DNA of 63,870 nucleotides, the filler included, from Halocafeteria seosinensis (Eukaryota): NCBI GenBank assembly GCA_001687465.1. It is 8 parts of 8 records of this genome, joined end to end, with 100 filler letters (N's around TTAATTAATTAA, not from the genome) between each part and the next. Parts side by side here need not be neighbours in the genome. Positions count along the whole stretch, not along the records: positions 37,427 to 52,421 come from LVLI01000019.1; 7 more parts are not named here. One strand, given 5' to 3'. The stretch's first letter is position 1. The number at the start of each line of letters is the position of its first letter. Both the position numbers and the translations under genes were made by a program. Positions 37,427 to 47,448 of the stretch are shown one piece after another. Under the pieces are notes generated by a model. That model did no database searches. It was not told the DNA's origin and worked only from the letters and a program-made list of their open reading frames with translations.

Positions 37427-39741
37427 AAGTCACACGTCGCGAGGTGGTTCGCATGGAGGCCTCGGGAGTGATGAGAGTTCAGAAGAGTTTAAGAGAAAAG
37501 AGAATGCAATTTTAGCGTATGACGACGTGTTTTGGCCCACAGAACAAGGCAGCGGTGGGTGTGTCCCTCAAGATCACAATGGCGCTGGAGCCGGTGGTGC
37601 CTATCTCTATTTGAAAGTAACGGATATGAGCGAAATTCATGGGACAATTGATGTCAGTGGAGATGATGCCCCCGTTCCTGGCTGGCGTGATGATGGGTAC
37701 GTGTTGATCTTCGTTTGTAGTATAACTTGTCTAATTCTCTTTTTACAACATTGACAATGCTTGCAGAGGTGGCGGAGGTTCTGGAGGCGGTTTACTGTTG
37801 GAAACGGTTCGATGGAAAGTAGCTCCGGGTACTCTTAAGGCGAATGGTGGAGATGGATCCCAAGATGATCGGAGTGCTGGATTTGGAGGTGGAGGTGGGC
37901 GAATTGGGATCTTTTGTGAGCAGGTGTTGGATACATTGGGTGAGAGTAAAGACGGATTGAATGGTGTACATGTTGAAGCTCATGGAGGAAATCTTGCTGG
38001 AAATGCTGGTTCGTCGGCCCAGCCAACAATGCGGCGTTCGGGTGCTGGTACTGTGTTCATGGAAAGTTCTTCGCCCAAAGGATCGCGACTGTCTGTGATC
38101 TCCCCTTCGGAATCTCTTCACAAAGTTGGACCGAGTATTGCTGGGTTGGAGGATCCACGGTCCTCCGTGGAAGGAGTCGATATAATGGGGGCTTCTTTGG
38201 TCGTGATGTCTTTCCATAAAGGGGGCAGTTTGGCGTTTCTCGACGTCGGTTATATATCCGGTAATGGCGTGTCTCGAGTGGAATTCAGTCGGAATGTAGT
38301 TGGTCTACTGGGAGTGTCTATGTCCAAATATTCCTTGAACGATTCTCAGGTTGCTGTACAGGCACTGCCGAATGGCAGACGTATTTCGCGTCTAACGTCA
38401 TCGTTTTACACGGATTCCTTGTTGATAACGAACTTTGACCTTATTTTCAACGATGGCTCTAAGGGAATACTTCCCCCAAACGTTTTCGTATGCCATCACG
38501 CTATCACCAATCATGGTATTTTGGGTGGCCTCTTCAATATCACCTTTTGTCCTGAGGACGAAAACGGAAAAATTTTGGGAGAAAGGATTGTGGAGGGCTG
38601 TACTAAGGAAGCATTCGCAAACTTTAATCCTCGAGCAACAATAGACGACGGGTCCTGTGTTAATCTTACTAGCCAACTGGGATGCTCTTACAGTATTGCT
38701 GTTGTAAGTATAACGCAATTATGCCTTTTTAGTTTTCTTAGTCTTACCGAATCACTCTTGCAGAATTTTGATCCGAATGCGAATGTGAACGATGGAAGCT
38801 GTAGACTCGCAAGTGGGTTGAAAGAAGGCTGTACATGCGGCGAAGCCTCAAATTTTGATCCAAGTGCTGACCTCTCTGATGGCTCTTGTGTGTATCCTCG
38901 TGAAGGGTGCACCTATAAGTCTGCATGGAATTTTGATCCAAATGCCCGTACGGATGATGGATCGTGCTCGTTCGGACCCATAGAAAGGCTTGCGGATCGA
39001 GTTCGGGAGTTGGAACAGGCTTTGAAGGAAAGGGACGAAACCGTGAGAACCCTCTCAAACAAGAATGAAGAGCTGCAGGGAGAAAAAGAAAAATTAGAAG
39101 AGGAAAACCAACTGTTGCACGACGAAAATGCTATTGTGCAGCAGGAGTTGGAGAAGAGTGAAGCATCCAAGATCGAAGCCCAAAATGAAGCTCAACGACT
39201 GAATGCGCTGTTACAGAAACAAGTCGCATCGGGCGGAGACTTAAATGCAATGAGCAACGCTTCATTTACCGTAGCTTCACAGGTTGTGGAGTTTGATAGA
39301 AACAAGTACACCACTTCATTGCCAGTTACGGAGGTGGAAGTGGTATTGAGAAGAAGAAATGTTACCGAGAAAAACACTGCACACGAGGAAATTGGGACAA
39401 CGATACGATCTATCGAACGCACGGCCAAAGCTGATGTTGATTACTCTCCCATCGATACGTTTGTTACATGGCGTCCAGGCGAACAGGAGAAGCGAATTTC
39501 AATATGTGTCAAGGCAACTTCCTTTAGCGGTCCTCGCCTGCGTTTTGATCTATTCGTCATCCCTTACACTGTTCCCGGTTCTTCCACTATCGTCGAGAGG
39601 TCTCTCAATTCGACTGTATCCATTTTCATGGAAAACAACAGGCCTCGGAAGGAAGTCGAAAGAAATACAGTGGCCAAACAACAACGAGTATGGTGGGCCT
39701 ACTGGTCGAGACGGCTGAAGAACGGCTTCAGGTTATCATAA
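37427..39741 (+). CDS. C-terminal part of a Gly-rich giant extracellular protein with GCT..A.NF.P.A..DDGSC repeats, coiled coil and Calx-beta-like domain
   Basis: GGSHGG..Y....P...GSGG..GGG motifs; four DDGSC-type repeats; heptad-rich segment; TAKADVDY...VTW.PGE.EK.I; introns ~37697-37767 and ~38704-38763; 3' end uncertain. Confidence 0.75.
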
Positions 39742-41199
39742 GATCCTAGGACTTTGCAGTAACAGTTTCGCCCTGGTTGGTTAAAGACTTGAAGTGAGCT
39801 CATTAAGCCTCATAGAGCCGGTATGTCAACGACACACCATATTGCCGGCAATTTGCTGCCACCTGCTATTTGTTTGGATTGTTGCTTTTCTTGCTCAAAG
39901 CAACATGATGTGTGTCAGTATGATTTTGGCGACGCAATGGAGGAAATGTATGTTTGTGAGACAGGCTTTAGTCACTAGAGCGACATCGAGGAACGGATCA
40001 TTTTAGAGCTTTCAATAGGACAGGACTCGTTATCCCTACTTCTATATGTGCTGTTTTCTCTATGAAACAAATTCTGAAGGAGCCCTATACGAGTCTTGAT
40101 TGGAATAGTGATGCTACTAGAGCCTTGCATCCGTGCGACAGATCTTTGTCGCGGGCAACGAAACGTGTTTCAAGTGTATACCCTGAGCGAGAACCTCTTC
40201 GAACTGAACTGTACGGTATTGGACTGGTTAAATGCAGGATATAACGATTTTCATCACATAACATTCAATTGCAAAGAAGCGAGAGTTTACATACTCGGAC
40301 AGCGTATTGTACGTGTATTTATATGAACGGATTCTGACCCTTCGATTCCGCAGGTTGTACTAACGCTGAAGTTACCATCATGCAAGGACATTCTAAGAGA
40401 TATTACATGCAATCAAGCAAGAGCAATTGCAGACCATTTGTCAGCATACTAATGATTCGTTGAAATATTGCAGTGCATTACTGGAAAGCATACTGCGCAT
40501 CTTCGCGTGGTCACACACAAAAGTAAAATGTAGGCAACGTCTTCGTCTTAAGCGATTAGATGTCCTGTAATGCCCCCTTCCACGCGGGCACTGTGATATA
40601 CTATGAGGTTTGACAGTGCCCGTTGCAAGCTGTCCGTTCATTCTGGTACAGAGAAGGGACCGAGAAGCATTCTACGGTAGATCCTATAGTAGGATTTATA
40701 CAGACTCCTCATCTTTGTGGATGGATCCCGTATGCAATACAAGGTGGAATCTTGTGCGCAATGCACATTCCATTGTGAGGCTATAAATGGTAGATTTTGC
40801 TATCTTGGCAATGCACGAGAGACGGTCTCAGAGACCTCCTTGGCCGAGGGTAAGAATAACTTCACCCAGCACGTCAATAAACTTCGTAACCATGCTTTCG
40901 TCTTTTTCCCTTCTGTTTCTCTGAATTTTTCCAATTGCCTAGCCTGCTGTTGCAGACATACGGTAATAATTATGAAGGTGTTTCATCATCTTTCTGGTGC
41001 TGGTGGTCTGTGCGGTTCACTAGAAGCTCTGACGCCCCTCTGATTGCTTCGACTTTTTGATAGCACATAGGAACCAATCTAAACGCTTTTAGGATTTATT
41101 CCTTAGAGTTCGGTTCGAAGACGCAATTCACTGATCCAGTTCACTTTCACACTTCCACAGCTTGTTTGTTTGTCCTGCTGTAGCCGTCCTGGTCGTTGA

Positions 41200-42117
41200 G
41201 CAGGCATGAATCAGCATCCGATCATTACCACTGGGTAGGGGAAAAGGGGCAGGCAAATGGGTGACGGCAGTCCCATCGAAAAATGATACCCTCTCCAAGC
41301 ACGAGTACCGGCAGAGTCTTTGCCTCCGTTTGGGATTGACCAATTCCTTTGAGGACCGGAGGGTCTTCTGCCTTTGCACCCAGGAGCTTCTACACCCGTC
41401 GCTCGAGCATGCCCCTTGGATGAAGGCACAGTGCGTTTTCTGGCTGGTTGCACACGATTTCCAAACGACGACGACGACGTGACTGATGGACCACCGGCAG
41501 CTGGATGTTAGCCGCTACACTTAGGTAGCCAAGTCAAACGGGAAGTGCCACTTGCAAGGCTGTTGCACACTATAGTGCTACACTTGCTCAAGCCAACGTG
41601 GCAGCTCTTAGCGAGGAAACATGGACCAAAGTCATGGACTTAGTGATCATAAGCGGCAACAGGCTCTTCTGGCCCGATCTCACAGTGGTTAACGCACACG
41701 CAAATGTGACAGATAGCCCACCGGTCGGGGAGTTGACCGCATCCTCTAAAGGAGGAGCGGTATGCGCCCGTGTTAAGCAGCAACGGGCCCGCTGTTCCTG
41801 CAGCCTTGCTGACATGCGGCAACATCGAAGACGACAAGGAGGAATGGAGCAGCACTCACCAGCCGATGAGGCGTCTACGATGAAGATAAGGAAGAACAAG
41901 GAACATGTCGAAAAGCATCATGCTCAATTCTTCCCAGGGGCAATGGAGGCGTATGGGGGCTTTGGCATTCATCCAACTTATCGACTCCTTAACGGACCAC
42001 CGTTTTAGGGCGAAAGGTAGGGAGGAAGTGAGACGGCAAAGGAGCAAGTTGATGGGGGTCCTCTCAGTGTGCCTTATGAGGCAACAATCCTTGATGCTCG
42101 ATGGATTTGTTGACTAA
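41200..42117 (+). mobile_element. Degenerate C-terminal (restriction-like endonuclease) region of a CRE-like non-LTR element
   Basis: GKWVTAVP...LS..EYRQSLCLRLGL, MDLVI...PDLTVV, K..K..FFPGAMEAYGGFG, LSVCLMRQQSLML. Confidence 0.75.
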
Positions 42118-42299
42118 TTCCCATCCTTCACGGTCTCCGCGCCGCAGTGGCGTCCGACCAGTATCCCGACCCAGCCAGTAGAAGTCGTAGGAGGCGGTAC
42201 ATCCGAGGGAGCAGTTCCAAATGGTGGCGTCGCTACTGGGGTGGTGTCTTCTCCTTCTGACGACGCTGAGCCAACCGAGTCCCATTCGGAGCAGCTAGG

Positions 42300-42890
42300 A
42301 AGATTGGAACCGGCTGGCATGGGATCCCTCCAAAGCCAATTTGACGATATGGACGCTGATTGGTGGTTTATTGCCGGTATGGTATTGTCAACTAACTGGG
42401 TTGTTGAGTGCACGTTTGTTGAAGTATGCCTGGTGCATGTTTCTCTGTGCTTCATTGCAGCCTCAATTTGTGGATAACAAAACACGGGAGCAGATCTTGG
42501 AGGACCCTGATCTCCTGTTTGCCATCGATAAGCTTCCTTCGAGACTTGAGCAAGCCCATCAGTGGGTACACGGGATGCAAGATTCCCCATTAGTCGTTTA
42601 CTGGCATTGCGAAGGAGGATGCGATCGTACTGGTAAGCTCCACTTTTACTATGCTGCCCGACTTAAAATGCAGTACTCAGCTAGGAGCACATACTGTTGC
42701 AGGTGAAATTTCCGGAGCATACTACGTAACTTACGAAGGATACAACATTACTGCGGCATACGACAAGAATACAAAGGACTGTGGTCGTCCAGAAGATTAT
42801 TGGAGCATCAACATGCTCGGTTGGTACTGCCTGTATTATGAGAAGCAGAGTGGCAACGATATTGGGGACTGTCTGAATATCAAAGGATAA
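42300..42890 (+). CDS. Cys-based protein tyrosine/dual-specificity phosphatase-like gene, 3' portion
   Basis: VYWHCEGGCDRTG(E) HCx5R motif across a GT-AG intron; no convincing 5' exons before the adjacent retroelement. Confidence 0.65.
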
Positions 42891-43379
42891 CAATATTTAT
42901 AAGAGCTATAGCCTACATGTGGTTGCCAGCATGTAGTTTACCAAGGCTTCCTTGTTGATGTCAGACATGCCTCCTCGAGTCTCGGGATATGCGTCTGCTA
43001 GACTCTTATCTGGCAGCTTGGATGAATTGAACATTACTCGTGAAAATGATACCACAAGACTAATGAAAGAAGAAAGCCGTCAGTTTTATGGTACCGCACA
43101 TCGCATGGCACCTTTTATACTATTTCGATATCTCCATTGCAGCAGAGGCTCTCACTACGCAAGCTGTGTATATACATGTATACGCGTGCTTTCAGACTGC
43201 GACTTGCCATAAGCATAAACGTTGACCATACTAGCCATGCACATCCACAATAGACGGTGGCATGCAGACTTAACTTGTTCATGCTAAGGTAAGATTCAGT
43301 ATAAGAGTTCAATAGGGTCGTTTGGGTCTATTGAGTCGCTGCCTCGGGTTCTTCGACAGAAACGGGCGCGGACATTTAG

Positions 43380-43547
43380 AAGTCTTCGGTGTAGCTGCCC
43401 CGTCGTCCATGCGCCAATGCGTTGGTGATATCCTTAAAAAGATAACTTAATTCGGAGGAACTGTCCACCCAAACGGCTAGCGCCCAGAACGTCCCACTAC
43501 AATTTGGTAACCTCGGCTAACCGCGGGGCATACTATAGTTGAAGTTG

Positions 43548-43549
<2 letters not shown>
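43380..43549 (+). mobile_element. 3' end of a related RLE-type element with the shared CCTCGGCTAA...CTATAGTTGAAGTTGAA terminus
   Basis: Last ~40 nt match the 9363/33474 termini; upstream sequence differs. Confidence 0.5.

Positions 43550-43587
<38 letters not shown>
43550..43587 (+). repeat. (CA)19 microsatellite
   Basis: Direct reading. Confidence 0.98.
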
Positions 43588-43591
<4 letters not shown>

Positions 43592-43706
43592 CTCAAGAGG
43601 CGCGCTTACGCCTAGGTCTAAGCGTCACCCCACACCCAATCCCCGACATCTGCCGTCTCTGTTCAGGGCACACCAATGGCTCAATCAATCACGCCTACAC
43701 GTGCTC

Positions 43707-45217
43707 TCACGGGGAACTCGCAGGTAGCTGGCTGGACAGGCACGACGCGATCAGAGACTCTATAGCAGGATCCCATTCCGTGTCCGTGAGTTGTTTCCTG
43801 GGGAGTGCTATCAGCCAGTCGGCGGAGCCATCTTGCCGTGCGGCTTGGAGTCTGGTTTTCATGTCGTTTGGCCCTACCTCAAGCAGGTCCTTGAATTGGC
43901 TGTCCATCTTTTCGGTAGCAAAGATTTGTTGTTGCTTCTTGTTTTCGGTGGGCTTCCGCAGCCACTCTCGTTCTACCCCCCTGTCGATCCTTCCGTTTCT
44001 TAGATTCCCTACAAACTCGTTGATTAGTCCCTCCTGCAGTGTGGTGCTACTTTCCCAGATGGACGCCGTGTAGGCCAGTACTGAGATGTCTGTGGCCGAA
44101 ATCAGTCCCAAGCCTCCGAATCTGAGGGGCAACGCCGCTTGCTGAATGGCTAGTTTAGCGGCCGGGGTGTCGCGCTCCGTGCTGTCTAGTCCCAGCAATG
44201 TGCAAAGTACCGTCGTGATGGCATCGACAAAGGCACGCGTGGCCACTGGTCTAATTTTTGTTGGGTACTGTTCGGAGTAATTGATCGCGGGGATACAAGT
44301 CAACGGCAGGAGCAGGTATATTGAAGCGGGATTGTTTCTTCTGTCTGTACGGTGATTAGGTTCTGCAATTCAGTGATTTTCTTCAGACAAATATCGTTCC
44401 TCATAGGACGGCTTTCCTATGGGAACACCTAGGACGACGATGCCTTCCACCGTATAGTTCCATTCCAAGTCTTGCATGTGGTGCGGGTCCATTTCTGTGG
44501 GGATGCACATAACGGATTTTGCCTTGTTGAGGGTCAGGCCCGAGTTCGGAATTTCCGCCTGCAATCCGAGTGTAGCTTGGTTCACTGCTCCAATTTCCCC
44601 GGTTATGTAGATGTCGTCCAGGTAGGCGTATGCCGTGACGTCTGGGTGCGGTTGGTGAAGCTGTTGTAGGGTCCAGTGCAGGCCTATGGCGAAGAATGCT
44701 GAGCTTAGTGGGTCTCCTTGTCTGGTACCCTCTTTCGAATGGACTATGGTCTCTCCCAAAAAGAGACACGGTGCTTCCCCCTCGTGGGCCCATTCGTAAA
44801 AGGGGATCAGCTTCGGGAAGTGTAAGGCTAGTTCCTTCCTTATTATCTCCCTGCTGATTGTGTTGAAGGCGTTCTTCATGTCTAGAGACAGTATCGCGTC
44901 CTACTGATCTCGTAGCGGATAACTTGCTCCGCTCCCCCTGCCTCGTTCACTCCGAACTGTAATCCAGCGAAGTATTCTGCAAAGGCTTTCTTATGCTGTC
45001 GGTTCAGAACTTCCGAGGCCAGTCTCGCGATGACTTCGCCGATTGCCACAGCCCTTACTCCGTTGTTAACTTTTCGTAGTGGGATCAACCTGCTGCCCGT
45101 GATTAGGTCACGATATTTTGGCTTCGTTCGCCCCTGGATCACGAGGTTTATGAAGCCTGTTAGAGCTTGTAGGCCTTCGTCCCTGCAGACTAGCTGCTTG
45201 AGGGTTTTCACGAACAT
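43707..45217 (-). mobile_element. CRE-clade non-LTR retrotransposon reverse transcriptase, frameshifted
   Basis: RLIPLRK..GVRAVAIGE, QFGV..GGAE, DMKNAFN, GTRQGDPLS, AYLDD, VLGVPIG, LPLRFGGLGL, GSADWL..LP. Confidence 0.92.
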
Positions 45218-45615
45218 CCTGGAGGGCCTTCAGGCTCTATGTTTGAGGCTCACAAATACAATTTGGAAACGTGTCCCGCTCTAATCGAAGCGCAATAGAG
45301 TCGATACCCTCTCGCATCAGTTGCTGGGTGTTGTCACTGATCCAGATGCTCCCTCTGGTCCTGCTATGGCAGTTTGTTCTGACATCCATGGGGCTTCCCT
45401 CACAGGGCAAGGAATTAAACGGAAGTTTAGGATCTCAAGCCGTGTTTTAGTTCGTGACGGTGTTGGTGCATGAATGGGACAGAGTTGGAAAAGTGACAGG
45501 CGACTATCACGCGATAGAGTCCCGCTACTGTAACCAATATCCACTCAGTATCTATATTGGGCTATGCCTCAACATTTCTCTTGATTCATTCCTTGGAATG
45601 TCTTGCCAAACATCG

Positions 45616-47448
45616 TCAGCCTTTAACTGTGCGCTTGGATCTTTGAGCAGGCAGTACAATGACCTTGTCAGTATGTTCGTTTAATTTACTCGCAACCGAA
45701 CAGTTATTTGTTTCAGAAGTTGTCGGCATAGAGCTTCGTGTTGGAGTTGAAGTCGACGATGACGTCCCTGTCATAGTCGGAGAACTAGTGGTGAAAAATG
45801 AAGCCGAGCTAGTAGATGTCCAAGTTGGGCTGGCACTTGCAGTACTTGACGGACTCTCCGATCTCGTGGCCGTCAGCGTGAAAGTGGAACTTTGGGTTGG
45901 TGTCAAAGTTGGCGTGGGGCTTGCCGTTCCAGTTTGAGTCCTTGTTTGGCGGTGCGACGACGATGACGATGGAGTGACCCTCGCAGAGCTTGTAAAGCTG
46001 CTTGAAGGAGTCTCCGACCTTGTCGTTGTCGCTGATGGCGTCGACGTCGATGAGGGAGTAGGAGGTGACGGTGGTGGCACTTGAAAGCGGAGAATCGGCA
46101 GCAGATTCCCCTCGTCGTCGTCGCTTGCTCCTCTATCTAAAGCCCATACGTCGTCCGACCACCCTCCCAGTTGATACAGTTGTCCCCGTATGTCCGTCAA
46201 CTCATCTGAATTGTTTGTATCAACGAGATTAGTTCCATCATCCACTCCTACGATCGGTGCTGCTCCATTTCCATTGTATACCGAATACTTCACGTGAATA
46301 GTACCACTCGCTCCACTTAATATAGATCCTACAATACCCCCAGCATCCGTACCAATGACTGCACCTGATGCATATGTATTGGTGATGTATACATCTCCTG
46401 TGGTTTGGCCAAATTGCCATCCTGTGTTTGCTCCTGTAATACCTCCTGCTTGGGTGCCACCAATATCTCCTTGTGTATAACAGTCTATGACATGTACTTC
46501 ACCCCCATCGTCTGCTGTATCAGGCCCACTAATCCCTCCACTATATTCTGCAGATATTTGTCCCATACTATAACATTCCTTGATATACACGAATCCATTG
46601 GTAACACCAGCATTACTACCCACTATACCACCACTGTCTTGACCACTAGAAATGATATCTCCTGTGGAATAGGAACGAGTTATATACACTTGACCATTCT
46701 TACGCCCAGCAGCATTTCCACAAATACCACCTGCAACTTGTCCTTCAATAGTCCCAGTGGAATAACAATCCGTGATATTGACAATCCCATGATTGTATCC
46801 TACTTGTTCCCCTGCAATACCACCTGCAGTCTGACCCACTATCCTCCCTGTCGAATACGAATTCGATATCTTGATTTGACCATGATCAAGACCACTTTGC
46901 CGACCACATATACCGCCATCTTGGCTACCAACAATATCTCCTGATGAAGTACATGAGTCTATGATAAAGAATTTCTGCTCTCGTCGGACAATGAATCCAC
47001 CTCTATATGCAGTTTTCCCATTCCTAACATCAAGATTCCGAATCAGCGGCGCTTGATCAAACGATCCAACACTACCCAGTATAGTAAACAATCCTTCGAA
47101 ATCTATTATTCGGTTCAGATCTATAAAGTTCCCATTTTGCCGGCCACCATCAAAGATCTCATTCGAATCCAAGGAGATGTAGTCTTGATTCGAATAGCCA
47201 TGATCTACCCAAGCCAACACACTGCAATTCATTTCAAATTGGTTTTCATTCGGATTATAATGGAAGCAGGATTCAGTTCCATTGAGAATCGCAGGTCGTA
47301 AATCTGTTGCTGATACTGACTCGTTGGCAAGAAAGCAACCGAAAAACAAGGTTACCAACATTCCTGTCGTTCGTGACGAAATATGACTCGTATTTCGCAG
47401 TCCATAAGCCAGAGACGCTTTCCCATGCTCTAGCAGCTTCACTCTCAT
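45616..47448 (-). CDS. Secreted GLUG-like (YS.G.I.G..AGGI.G) repeat protein with Ser/Thr tail
   Basis: Hydrophobic leader MLVTLFFGCFLA (ATG 47361; alternative ATG 47448); ~7 GGI.G repeats; LPILRFQ; mucin tail; frame stays open upstream to 48396. Confidence 0.8.
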   Translation of the reverse strand: MRVKLLEHGKASLAYGLRNTSHISSRTTGMLVTLFFGCFLANESVSATDLRPAILNGTESCFHYNPNENQFEMNCSVLAWVDHGYSNQDYISLDSNEIFDGGRQNGNFIDLNRIIDFEGLFTILGSVGSFDQAPLIRNLDVRNGKTAYRGGFIVRREQKFFIIDSCTSSGDIVGSQDGGICGRQSGLDHGQIKISNSYSTGRIVGQTAGGIAGEQVGYNHGIVNITDCYSTGTIEGQVAGGICGNAAGRKNGQVYITRSYSTGDIISSGQDSGGIVGSNAGVTNGFVYIKECYSMGQISAEYSGGISGPDTADDGGEVHVIDCYTQGDIGGTQAGGITGANTGWQFGQTTGDVYITNTYASGAVIGTDAGGIVGSILSGASGTIHVKYSVYNGNGAAPIVGVDDGTNLVDTNNSDELTDIRGQLYQLGGWSDDVWALDRGASDDDEGNLLPILRFQVPPPSPPTPSSTSTPSATTTRSETPSSSFTSSARVTPSSSSSHRQTRTQTGTASPTPTLTPTQSSTFTLTATRSESPSSTASASPTWTSTSSASFFTTSSPTMTGTSSSTSTPTRSSMPTTSETNNCSVASKLNEHTDKVIVLPAQRSKRTVKG

